From positions 91,214 to 155,213 of the forward strand of contig NZ_JBGAGS010000001.1 of assembly GCF_044226605.1 (NCBI RefSeq): DNA of 64,000 nucleotides, read 5' to 3'. Source of the stretch: Prosthecobacter sp. GTDB taxonomy: Bacteria > Verrucomicrobiota > Verrucomicrobiia > Verrucomicrobiales > Verrucomicrobiaceae. The notes below the pieces were generated by a model. It saw nothing but the letters and a program-made list of their open reading frames with translations, was not told the DNA's origin and ran no database searches. Shown here in pieces: positions 36,225 to 45,288 of this stretch. Made by a program: the position numbers and the translations under genes. Numbering within the stretch: the stretch's first letter is position 1; each line of letters opens with the position of its first letter.

Positions 36225-36953
36225 TTATCCGCCCAGCGCCGCAAAGAGCGTCTGCATCTCATCTTGCACGCTGGTGGGGTCCTCCAGAGTGCCGGCCACT
36301 TCGTCCTTCACAGACTGACGCAGCCGTTTTTTCAGCCGATGCACCGCCACGCGAAAAGCCTCCACCTTCATGCCACAGCCGGCAGCGAGCGCCCCTTGAT
36401 CGCCATAGGTCGAATCCCCCGTCAGCAGAGGCCGCACGCTTTCAAAAAACTCTCCCCGTCCCTCCCCACAGCATTCCGCACGCAGCGCTTCCATGCCCCG
36501 CTCCAGCACCGTCACCGCCCATTGCCGGTCAAATTCAGCATCAGGCGATGAAGCTTTGACGTCCGGCACCGAGTACGCCTCCGGATCATCCAGCGTTAGT
36601 GCCACCACACCTCCGCCACGCTTCAGCCGTCGTGCCGCGTCCCGCTGATTGGCCATGAAATGCTTCACCGACCCCAGCAGATAAGAACGAAAACGACCCC
36701 GCTCGCGCTCCGCCGTGTGGATCGTCCCGCCTCCCAGCATCTCGGCAAAAAAAGTATGGCTCATCTCCCGCGCTGCATCCGCATCCCGCAGCACCATGCG
36801 CAGATAGGCCACCACCGGTTCATAGTACGCATCACACAGATCCGCCAGCGCCCTGCGCCCATCCTCGGAATCCGCCTTCGCCATGGAAACCCGCGTCCAC
36901 CTCGTGGTATGAAACGGAGAGCCTTGAAGAACGGCTGCTGCTGAGGTGGTCAT
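36225..36953 (-). CDS. ECF sigma factor (kinase-associated, ECF43-like)
   Basis: The N-terminus reads TTRWTRV. Region 2 and region 4 are sigma-like (RLKKRLRQSV). It ends 15 nt upstream of the kinase gene, and no anti-sigma factor is present. Confidence 0.8.
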   Translation of the reverse strand: MTTSAAAVLQGSPFHTTRWTRVSMAKADSEDGRRALADLCDAYYEPVVAYLRMVLRDADAAREMSHTFFAEMLGGGTIHTAERERGRFRSYLLGSVKHFMANQRDAARRLKRGGGVVALTLDDPEAYSVPDVKASSPDAEFDRQWAVTVLERGMEALRAECCGEGRGEFFESVRPLLTGDSTYGDQGALAAGCGMKVEAFRVAVHRLKKRLRQSVKDEVAGTLEDPTSVQDEMQTLFAALGG

Positions 36954-37048
36954 CAGTTTTGTCTATGCTGCACAACTTGATGACGTTTGGGAAGAAGAAG
37001 CTTACACACAATCTGCAGCCCAGGGCTGTGACAGGCGATGTCCTGCCT

Positions 37049-38323
37049 CTATTTCGGCAGCTCACGCTTCACTACTTTGGTGCCATTCCGCACGGTGTCC
37101 GGAGGATGCATCAGGACTTCATTTCCCGCCTTGAGGCCTTCCAGCACTTGCGTGAGCTTGCCGTCTGTACGTCCCGCCTTGACCACTACGGCCTTGGCGC
37201 TGCCAGCGTCATAAACAAAAGTTTTCCAGTCGCTGCCTTCTCGAAAAAGTGCTCCAGCCGGCACCAGCAGGGTGTCATCGCTGTGCCAAACCGCCACGCG
37301 TACCTCCACGCGGTAGCGATCCCCCAGCGCCTTCAAGGCCGGGGTTTGATCCACGAAATCACTCAGCACCAGCACGCGCTGCTCTTCGACTCCCAGTGCA
37401 GACACCTTGGTAAATGCCGCGGGTTCCACGCGGCGAACTCGCGCCTTTGCAGGCTCATCTCCACCCCACTGCTCGACAGTGACCAATGCTCCGGGCTTGA
37501 TGCTTACCGCATCTCTCGACAAGATTTCTGCCTCGATCTCCAGGTCCGTGGCATCACCGATTTCCAAAATCGGCGCGCCGGGCGCCACGATCGTGGCACT
37601 TTCCTGCTGCACGCGCAGCACCACGCCGCTCACAGGCGCGCGAACTTCAATGAAGGCCCCGCCTGCGCCTGGTTTGTCGATCTGCTGCAGTGCGGCCTTG
37701 GCCTGCTCGAGTTCAAAGTCGGCCACCTGGAGGGCAAATTCGGCCGAGCGCACTTCACGCGTTTTTATCTCGGCCTCCCGCTCAAAGGTGTCGCGATCCG
37801 TCGCGCTGATGGTTCCCTTGTCCGTGTTGTTTTTCACACGGTCCCAGTTTGCCTGCGCATATCTCAGCCCGGTGCGGGACATTTCGATGTCTTCATTGGC
37901 GCGGCTGCGGGTGGCCAGCGCTGCGTCCACACGGGCCTGAGCCTGCGCGCGTGCGCGCGCGTCCAGGAGGGGCGATAGAGTCGGCTCAATGCGTGCGAGC
38001 ACCGTTTCACCCGCCTTCACAGCATCCCCCGGTTTCAAAACCACGCGCTGCATGCTGCCCGCCACCGGCGCGGCGACCACATGACGATTGCGAATGCGCG
38101 TCTTGCCTTCCTCAGACACATAGACAGTCAGCGGTCCACGGTGGACCACACCGGTCTCGACCTCGACCGGACGGGGCTGGAGGGCATAAAACATGACCGC
38201 CCCCAAGGCACCGAGCACCGTCCAGAACAGCAGCTTGCGAGACAGACTGCGGCGTGTGATCGGGGCTTTCGCTTCCCAGGGAGGAGCGGCGGCTTTGGAT
38301 GAGTCGGTGGAAACGTCTGGCAT
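37049..38323 (-). CDS. HlyD-family periplasmic adaptor (membrane fusion protein)
   Basis: It has an N-terminal TM helix, a lipoyl-like segment (APVAGSMQRVVLKPGDAVKAGETV), a coiled-coil hairpin and a beta-barrel C-terminus. Confidence 0.85.
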   Translation of the reverse strand: MPDVSTDSSKAAAPPWEAKAPITRRSLSRKLLFWTVLGALGAVMFYALQPRPVEVETGVVHRGPLTVYVSEEGKTRIRNRHVVAAPVAGSMQRVVLKPGDAVKAGETVLARIEPTLSPLLDARARAQAQARVDAALATRSRANEDIEMSRTGLRYAQANWDRVKNNTDKGTISATDRDTFEREAEIKTREVRSAEFALQVADFELEQAKAALQQIDKPGAGGAFIEVRAPVSGVVLRVQQESATIVAPGAPILEIGDATDLEIEAEILSRDAVSIKPGALVTVEQWGGDEPAKARVRRVEPAAFTKVSALGVEEQRVLVLSDFVDQTPALKALGDRYRVEVRVAVWHSDDTLLVPAGALFREGSDWKTFVYDAGSAKAVVVKAGRTDGKLTQVLEGLKAGNEVLMHPPDTVRNGTKVVKRELPK

Positions 38324-38446
38324 GGGTGCTCCTACTATGCGCGAAGTTCGTGCAGCGGCAGGTGATTTTTACTTGTCGCACCGGGGCTTCCCTGTTCAAA
38401 TCCGCTTCTCTTTCCACAACCACGCACAACCCAGCCCCTAAACGCC

Positions 38447-39250
38447 ATGCCTCACGTCGAAACCAACGGAATCAAAATGTTTTACCAGGAACGCGGCAGC
38501 GGCGAACCGCTCGTCTGCATCATGGGTGTCACGGCCCCGGGCGGAGTCTGGGATGCGCACGCGCAGGCCTGGGAAAAGCACTTCCGCTGCATCCTCGGAG
38601 ACAACCGCGGCGTCGGCGAAACCGACAAGCCTGCCGGCCCCTACACCACCGCGATGATGGCCGACGACTATGCCGGCCTCATGGACAAGCTCGGCATCAA
38701 GCAGGCCCGCGTCGTCGGCTGCTCCCTCGGCTCCGTCATCGCCCAGCAGCTTGCCCTGCGTCATCCTGAAAAGGTGAAAAGCATGATCCTCATGTGCACC
38801 TGGGCGCGTCAGGACCGCTTCGGCCTCTATACCTGGCAGCACCTCATGAAGGCGAAGGCAAACATGCGCCCCGAAGATTTCATGCAGTGGATCCAGATGC
38901 TCATCTTCACCAAGCCCTGGTTCGACAATGACGACTGCTGGAACAACATGCAGCAGGGCCTCAAAGACGCCGCCACCAACTCCGCCCCGCAGCCCCTCCA
39001 CGCCACGGAAGCGCAAAGCGCCGCCGCCATGACGCACAACACGCTCAATGATCTCAAAAACGTCAAGTGCCCCACCCTTGTCATCGGTGGCAAGGATGAC
39101 ACCTTCACCCCGCAGTGGATGGGCAAGGAAGTCGCGGCCGCCATCCCCGGCGCCGATCTTCACCTCTACGACAATGCCGGACACGCTTTCCATTGGGAAT
39201 GCCTGTCCGACTTCAATCCCCGCACAACGGAGTGGCTGCTGAAGCATTGA
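38447..39250 (+). CDS. alpha/beta hydrolase
   Basis: It has the GCSLGS nucleophile elbow, DNRGVGETD and a C-terminal NAGHAFHWE His. Confidence 0.85.
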   Translation: MPHVETNGIKMFYQERGSGEPLVCIMGVTAPGGVWDAHAQAWEKHFRCILGDNRGVGETDKPAGPYTTAMMADDYAGLMDKLGIKQARVVGCSLGSVIAQQLALRHPEKVKSMILMCTWARQDRFGLYTWQHLMKAKANMRPEDFMQWIQMLIFTKPWFDNDDCWNNMQQGLKDAATNSAPQPLHATEAQSAAAMTHNTLNDLKNVKCPTLVIGGKDDTFTPQWMGKEVAAAIPGADLHLYDNAGHAFHWECLSDFNPRTTEWLLKH

Positions 39251-39317
39251 TCTGACCTGGCATATGTCGCCAGAAAAACAGGCACGCGGCCACGGAGCTC
39301 GCGTGCCTGTTTTGTGT

Positions 39318-42300
39318 TCAGGTGCCTCCTTTCTTATCAAATGGGAAACGACAGGTCACGACGACCCCCTTTTTGGGCTTGGCTTTGACCACCAGCCGCG
39401 CACCGATCAGGTTGGCGCGATAGTCCATCACCCTCACGCCGATGCCGTTGCTTTTCTTTGCCTTGGACTTCTTCAGGCCAGCGCCGTCGTCTTCAATGCG
39501 CAGCTCGCACTCGGTCTGGCTCACATGCTGGAGGGAAAGCGTGACCAGCGTTGGTTTGCCGTGCCGCAGAGCATTGTTCACCGCTTCCTGGGCGATGCGG
39601 AAGAGATGTGTTTCGATGTCGCTGGACTGAATCACGATGCTGGCATCCACATCGCACACGCAGGGGGTTCGGAAATTTGTGCGCACGGTCTCGGCCAGCA
39701 GCTGCAAAGCACCGACAAGGCCGCGGTATTTGACGCTGGTGGGCGAAAGCCCATGGGACATACGGCGAACCTCGGAAATGGACTGGCGCAGAAGTTCATG
39801 AATGCGCTGCGCCTGCTGGCGGGGCTCGCCCTGAAGATCTGACTCCAAGGCCTCCAGCAGGGAGACGATGCCCGTCATCGTCTGTCCCACACCGTCATGC
39901 AGGTCATGCCCTACGCGCGCCTGCTCCTGCTCCACCACGCGCAGCACTTCCTGCTGCAAGCGGTTGCGCTCCGTCATGTCCGTGCCGGTCACGACTATGC
40001 GGTCCAGGGTTCCGTCCGGCTTCAGAGTGACGGTGCTGCGCAGCTCGACACTGCGCCACTCACCATCCTTGGTTCGCAGCCGCGAGTCGGCAGGCGGATT
40101 GGTCTCCCCACGAAGGAGGCGCTCAAAGCGCTCCTTCGAACGTGCCGTTTCCGCCGCGTCCATCAGGCCGATCTCCCACGGTGTTTTGCCGACAATCTGC
40201 TTTTTGGTGTACCCCATGGTGGTGTTGAATGAAGCGTTTGCGTGAACGAAGCGGCCTCTCAAATCCAGCACGACAATGAAGGCGGAAGTATGGCTCACGA
40301 GCGCCTCGTTGTAGGCCAGTTCACGCCGATATTTAAGCTCCACCTGCTTGCGCTCCGTAATATCCTCCACCACGGCAACGTGCCTGACTGGCGGCTCTCC
40401 AGGCTGCCACATTGGCGAGACGGTAAGGTTGACCCATGTCAGCGATCCATCGGGAGCCACGATGCGCTTTTCCATCCTGAAACTGGAGATGCGGCCGGCT
40501 TTCAGATCGTCCATCTGGCTCAAGTCATCCTGCAGATCGTCCGGATAGGTGACATCCATGAAAGTAAGCTGCAGCAGTTCCTCACGTGTGCGGCGGTTGA
40601 TTTCGCACATCCGTTGATTCACGCTGAGATAGCGGCCGGTGAAAGTGTGGATCACCGCCACGCCCACGGCCGCCTGTTCGAAAATGGCGCGGAATCCCTG
40701 CTCGCTTTCGAGCAGCGCCTGCTGGACCCGTTTGCGCTCCGTGATGTCCTCGATCACGGCGACGTGGCGCAAAGGCGGCTCTCCGGGCAGCCACATGGGA
40801 GAAACTGTCAAATTCACCCATTTGAAGCTGCCGTCTGGCAAAACATTTCTCTTTTCCAAGTTGTAGCTGCGAACTTTTCCCGCCTTCAAATCCTCCATGC
40901 ACTGGAGTGATTTCTGCAAATCTTCCGCGTATGTGACATCCTTGAAGGTCCGTTGCAGCATCTCCTCGCGCGTCAGCTGATTGATCTCGCAAATGCGCTG
41001 GTTGACGTTGAGAAAACGCCCCGTGGCGGTTTCCATTTCGGCCACGCCAACAGCAGCCTGCTCGAAGACCGCACGAAAACGCTGCTCACTTTCGCGCAGG
41101 GCATTTTCCGCCCTTTTGCGGTCGGAGATGTCGGAGATGGTGCCGGTGATGCGCACCGCCTCTCCCTTCTCATTCCAATCCGCCTCGCCACGGGTGAGAA
41201 ACCAATGGTACTCGCCATTTTTCATGCAGAGGCGCAACTCCACCTGATAGGGTACGCGCAGCTCAAAGTGCGCTTTGCGGGCAGCCTGGACCCGCGGCCA
41301 GTCATCAGGGTGCAGGCGCGACATGAACGATTCCTGGTCCTTGCCGAGATTATCCGCCTCTGAGAATCCCAGCATCTGTTTCCAACGTGGAGAGAGATAG
41401 GTCTCCCCCGTGACAATGTTCCACTCCCAGAGTCCGTCCGTCGTGGCACGCATGGCGCGCGCATAACGTTCTTCGCTGACCTGCAGCGCTTGTTTGCGCT
41501 CTTCATTTTCAATGGCCAGAGCCGCCAGGCGCGCTGCAGCGGTGATGGCCTGAATTTCGGCCTGGTCTGGCGAATGGACGACACGGCGGTAGCAGGCGAA
41601 GGCACCGAGCACCTGACCCGAACCGCTGACCACCGGCTCCGACCAGCAGGACAGAAGCTTGGCTTTTTCCGCCAGCTTGTGGAAGGTTTCCAGACGCGGT
41701 TCCGCCAGAACGTCCGGACAGATGACCCGCCTGCCACTGTAGGTGGCCACGCCGCAGACGCCGATGTCCGGAGAGACCGGAGCTCCATCCAGCGCCTTCC
41801 GCACATACTCTGGCAGACTGGGCGCCGCCTGCATGTGCAGTCGACTGCCGGTTTCGTCTGCCAGCATGACGCTGCAGCGCATGCCCGGATGCCCGGCCTC
41901 GACACTGCGCACGATGGCCTCAAGCACGGCGGCGCATGGCGCCCCCTGCACAATGAGCTCCAAATTGTGCGCCTCACGTTCCTCAGCCGCCTTGCGTCTG
42001 GAGATATCCTCCAGCGTGCCGGTCATGCGCACGAACTGTTTCTGCTCATCGCGGCTGATGGCTTTGCCACGCCCCATCACCCACTTCCATGAACCGTCCT
42101 TGCAGCGCATGCGAAACTCCCGGGCGAAGCTGTCAGATTTTTGAATCTGATGGTCGTGCATGTCCGACTCGATCCCAGGCAGATCCTCCGGATGCACCGC
42201 AGCGCGCCAGCTTTCGGTTGAGTCGTCCACGGGTTCATTGGCACCGTAGCCCAGCATCATTCTGTACTGGCTGGAGCGGAAGATTTTGTCCCGCGCAAGC

Positions 42301-42833
42301 TCCCAGTCCCACACGCCAAATCCGGAGCTCTCAAGCGCAAATTTCCAGCGCTGCTCTCCTTCCTGAAGGCGCTGCTCGGCAAGCACACGCTCCGTGACAT
42401 CGCGGCCGACCGACTGGGTTTCGATCAGCTCCCCCCGCGCGTCAAAAAAACCGCGATTGACGAACTGCATCCAACGCTGCTGCCCTTTACCATCGTAAAC
42501 ACGGTTCTCGATGACCACGACGGGGTTATGTGGCGCGATCAGTTTCAGCCGCGTCTCGATCAAAGGCAGGTCGTCCACCACGGCGTTGGGCCGCCAGGAC
42601 CTTCCGATTATATCGGCCCGTTCCTTGCCAAAGAGACGGCAAAACACTTCGTTCACATAGGTCAGCGTGCCATCGGGAAGAAAACGGCAGATCGTTTCCG
42701 TCAGGTCCTCCACCACCGTGCGGTAGGGATCTGGTGCCAGCATCGCGTGCGAGGCTGCAGGCGGCGGCGCAGGGAGTCGGGACTTGCGTGTCTTCATTCT
42801 GGCATTGCCACAGCATACCCCGCCGTGGCTCAC
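39318..42833 (-). CDS. cytoplasmic multi-PAS/GAF sensor histidine kinase (HisKA_3 type)
   Basis: It has several PAS modules, each ending in DI(T/S)ERK, and one GAF domain. The phosphoacceptor box is GHDLHDGVGQTMTG, followed by a C-terminal HATPase. It has no TM helix. An alternative start lies at 42797. Confidence 0.9.
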   Translation of the reverse strand: MSHGGVCCGNARMKTRKSRLPAPPPAASHAMLAPDPYRTVVEDLTETICRFLPDGTLTYVNEVFCRLFGKERADIIGRSWRPNAVVDDLPLIETRLKLIAPHNPVVVIENRVYDGKGQQRWMQFVNRGFFDARGELIETQSVGRDVTERVLAEQRLQEGEQRWKFALESSGFGVWDWELARDKIFRSSQYRMMLGYGANEPVDDSTESWRAAVHPEDLPGIESDMHDHQIQKSDSFAREFRMRCKDGSWKWVMGRGKAISRDEQKQFVRMTGTLEDISRRKAAEEREAHNLELIVQGAPCAAVLEAIVRSVEAGHPGMRCSVMLADETGSRLHMQAAPSLPEYVRKALDGAPVSPDIGVCGVATYSGRRVICPDVLAEPRLETFHKLAEKAKLLSCWSEPVVSGSGQVLGAFACYRRVVHSPDQAEIQAITAAARLAALAIENEERKQALQVSEERYARAMRATTDGLWEWNIVTGETYLSPRWKQMLGFSEADNLGKDQESFMSRLHPDDWPRVQAARKAHFELRVPYQVELRLCMKNGEYHWFLTRGEADWNEKGEAVRITGTISDISDRKRAENALRESEQRFRAVFEQAAVGVAEMETATGRFLNVNQRICEINQLTREEMLQRTFKDVTYAEDLQKSLQCMEDLKAGKVRSYNLEKRNVLPDGSFKWVNLTVSPMWLPGEPPLRHVAVIEDITERKRVQQALLESEQGFRAIFEQAAVGVAVIHTFTGRYLSVNQRMCEINRRTREELLQLTFMDVTYPDDLQDDLSQMDDLKAGRISSFRMEKRIVAPDGSLTWVNLTVSPMWQPGEPPVRHVAVVEDITERKQVELKYRRELAYNEALVSHTSAFIVVLDLRGRFVHANASFNTTMGYTKKQIVGKTPWEIGLMDAAETARSKERFERLLRGETNPPADSRLRTKDGEWRSVELRSTVTLKPDGTLDRIVVTGTDMTERNRLQQEVLRVVEQEQARVGHDLHDGVGQTMTGIVSLLEALESDLQGEPRQQAQRIHELLRQSISEVRRMSHGLSPTSVKYRGLVGALQLLAETVRTNFRTPCVCDVDASIVIQSSDIETHLFRIAQEAVNNALRHGKPTLVTLSLQHVSQTECELRIEDDGAGLKKSKAKKSNGIGVRVMDYRANLIGARLVVKAKPKKGVVVTCRFPFDKKGGT
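40348..41115 (-). repeat. tandem 384-bp duplication encoding two PAS modules
   Basis: The unit boundaries ttgcgctccgt recur at 40348 and 40732, and a more diverged copy starts at 41116. By eye the two protein copies are roughly 65 percent identical. Confidence 0.7.
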
Positions 42834-42856
42834 TCTCTATCGCAGAGATGCACGGT

Positions 42857-43723
42857 TCAAGGGATATAGCCCATGGATTTCATCCATTCCGCCACGCGGT
42901 CTGGCCAGTCATTTACGGGACCACCACTCTTGCGCATGCCGAAGCCGTGGCCGCCCTTGGCGTAGATGTGCAGTTCGCTCGGGATGCTGAGCTTTTTGTA
43001 TTCAAGATAAAGCAAGGCGCTGGCGCTGGCGGGCCAGGGGTCGTCCCCTGCGTGGATCAGGCACATCGGCGGAGATTTGGCGGTGACTTCGAACCCGGGG
43101 AGCAGATGCGTGATGTCCTCCTTGCTGACCAGATACGCCGGATAGACCGGCACGGCGAAATTCGGCGTCGCGTCCTCCACGTCCAACGCGGGGTCCGTCG
43201 TGTAGGTGCGATCATTGGCATGCAGCGCAGTCATCACAGTAAGATGCCCCCCTGCGGAAAAGCCGAGAATGCCGATGCGGTCCTTCTTCAGGCCCCACTC
43301 CTCTGCATGATGGCGGATGATGCCCATCGCCCGCTGCGCGTCCTGCAGTGCTTCGCGGCCCGGGTCTTTCGGATCGCGCTTTGGCACGCGGTATTTGAGC
43401 AGGATGCCAGTCACTCCATGTTGATTGAGGAATTCACACACCTGCGAACCCTCATGCTGATAAGCCAGGATGCCGTAGCCTCCGCCGGGGCACACCAGCA
43501 CCGCCGTGCCGTTGGGTTTTTCCGGCTTGAAAACGGTGATCATCGGATCCGTCACGTTTGTGATGCGCAACACGTCATCCGCCGACTTCTTGGGAATCTC
43601 CTTTTCCGCCTCGATTTTCACACCGGGTTTTTCTGGCGCTCCGCCGGGCCAGAGTTTCACGACAATCGGATCTGCGGCGAAGACAGAAGTTGAGATGAAC
43701 AGAAGAGCGGGAATAAGCTTCAT
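42857..43723 (-). CDS. secreted alpha/beta hydrolase (esterase/lipase-like)
   Basis: It has a signal peptide and the motifs VLVCPGGGY, GFSAGGH (nucleophile elbow) and GGHGFG. Confidence 0.85.
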   Translation of the reverse strand: MKLIPALLFISTSVFAADPIVVKLWPGGAPEKPGVKIEAEKEIPKKSADDVLRITNVTDPMITVFKPEKPNGTAVLVCPGGGYGILAYQHEGSQVCEFLNQHGVTGILLKYRVPKRDPKDPGREALQDAQRAMGIIRHHAEEWGLKKDRIGILGFSAGGHLTVMTALHANDRTYTTDPALDVEDATPNFAVPVYPAYLVSKEDITHLLPGFEVTAKSPPMCLIHAGDDPWPASASALLYLEYKKLSIPSELHIYAKGGHGFGMRKSGGPVNDWPDRVAEWMKSMGYIP

Positions 43724-43744
43724 GGTGCTCTAATGGAGCGGAAA

Positions 43745-45028
43745 TCAGCGCGCAACGCAAGGCAGCATCATCGCATCCCGCATGCCGTGCAGGATTTTTT
43801 TGTCCGCTGGACAGACGGTGGCCAGAACCCCGCCCAGAGCCGGATCGCCGTCCTCCTCCGACATGGCAAAATAATAAGGGCAGAGACGCACCCGGCTCTG
43901 CATGGCCCATGTCGCCTGTTTTGCTTCGTCCCATGCCGGATGAGCCACCACCCTGGCGCGATGAAACTCCTGCAACACAAATGGATTTGTCCAGAAGGTC
44001 GCCAGCGCCTCATCGATCGCCACGCCCCACTGTTCCTGTGACAGATCATGGCCGATGAACACTCCGCGCGATCCCCACCCGCGCTCTGAAAATCCGCTGA
44101 TCTTCAGCACCAGCTGCCGCTGCCTGCCGCCGAAAGATTTCATCTCATGCCAGCTTTGGATGTCCAGCTTCGGCCAGACGGCAAAGGGTGGCAACGGCGC
44201 CGGATCGACCACCCATGCCATGGGAATGCACTGCTGCAATAGATTCAGGTGTTGGACGCTCAATGCAGACCTCCAGTACCCCTCAAGGACAGGCGACCAG
44301 AACAACGCGAGCCAGAGCTTTTCTTCAAGGAAGGCCTTGATAGGCGGAGTGAAGCTGAGCTCTCCACGCTCTGCCATGCGCAACATGACCTCCGCATTTT
44401 CCACATTCGCGAGATCAAACAGCTCAAAAAAGCGGTAGATCGCCGCCCCGCTCAGCTCATAGGGCTGCACCTCCCATGGCCGTAGCACACGGCGCCCCAG
44501 CCGCTCTGCAAGCCAGCTCATTTCGGGAAGATAATCACCCGACTCACGCGAGATGAGGATATCCTCGCTCGGAAACGCCGCGGCAAATCCTTCGATCATT
44601 CCTGCTGGACCGCCGATCACCTTCTGTCCCAGCGCCGCATAGGTTTCATTCAGCCATGCGGTCAAACCGATGCCACCGGGCAGAGAATCCAGTTCCGAGA
44701 TGGTCACGCCCGTTTCTGTCAGCACCAGATCAGGCCGCAGCACCCGCGGCAGGTCTTCATGCCAGCGCGGATTGCGTCCGAGATCGAGCACGCGCTGCGG
44801 CTTGCCCTGATCAAGCAGTTTTGCGACCCAGGGATATGCATCATCGAAATACAAGCGGTTGCACGCCCGCTGAAACGCACGCAGCGCCGGTCCGAGAGCC
44901 TGGATCAAATCCACTGTCTTTTCATCCAGCGCAAATGCCTCAGGCGAAAGCACCCATTCCTTCTCCGCAAAAAAGCCCTCCTCCGGAAAGGAGGCACGGA
45001 TTTGGGAGATGGAGGATGCGGCAGACAA
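43745..45028 (-). CDS. hypothetical protein, ATP-grasp-superfamily-like
   Basis: It has a TTG start. RPDLVLTETGVTISELDSLPGGIGL and LVLKISGFSERGWGSRGVFIG resemble blocks of circularly permuted ATP-grasp or glutathionylspermidine-synthase proteins. The assignment is tentative. Confidence 0.45.
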   Translation of the reverse strand: MSAASSISQIRASFPEEGFFAEKEWVLSPEAFALDEKTVDLIQALGPALRAFQRACNRLYFDDAYPWVAKLLDQGKPQRVLDLGRNPRWHEDLPRVLRPDLVLTETGVTISELDSLPGGIGLTAWLNETYAALGQKVIGGPAGMIEGFAAAFPSEDILISRESGDYLPEMSWLAERLGRRVLRPWEVQPYELSGAAIYRFFELFDLANVENAEVMLRMAERGELSFTPPIKAFLEEKLWLALFWSPVLEGYWRSALSVQHLNLLQQCIPMAWVVDPAPLPPFAVWPKLDIQSWHEMKSFGGRQRQLVLKISGFSERGWGSRGVFIGHDLSQEQWGVAIDEALATFWTNPFVLQEFHRARVVAHPAWDEAKQATWAMQSRVRLCPYYFAMSEEDGDPALGGVLATVCPADKKILHGMRDAMMLPCVAR

Positions 45029-45036
45029 TGATGAGA

Positions 45037-45267
45037 CTACGGTTTAACTGGTGCGTTGGCAACAGTGATGATTCCGCAGCACAGGATGATGATGGAAATG
45101 CCGATGAGCGTGGCTGTCAAAAACCAAAACATCCATGGATCATCGCTCCGACGAAAAACCCTGGTTTTTCCCTGCCATGCGCTCTCGACCGAGCCTCGCA
45201 TGATCGCTCTCACGGCCAGACCGGTAAAGTAGATTGGAATCAGCAGGGCGAACCAGTGCCACGACAT
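45037..45267 (-). CDS. small 2-TM membrane protein
   Basis: 76 aa with two clear hydrophobic helices (WFALLIPIYFTGLAV and FWFLTATLIGISIIILCCGII). It sits 21 nt after the A2M gene and 8 nt before the next gene. Confidence 0.45.
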   Translation of the reverse strand: MSWHWFALLIPIYFTGLAVRAIMRGSVESAWQGKTRVFRRSDDPWMFWFLTATLIGISIIILCCGIITVANAPVKP

Positions 45268-45288
45268 AGGGTAATGGAAACCTTGTGT

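Noticed and set aside
45026-45039. Possible read-through or fusion of the 76-aa 2-TM ORF with the following 427-aa ORF, which are only 8 nt apart.
   Set aside because: Codon phasing shows the two ORFs are in different frames: the stop occupies 45037-45039 and the TTG start is at 45028. No slippery sequence is evident. I treat them as separate, possibly translationally coupled genes.
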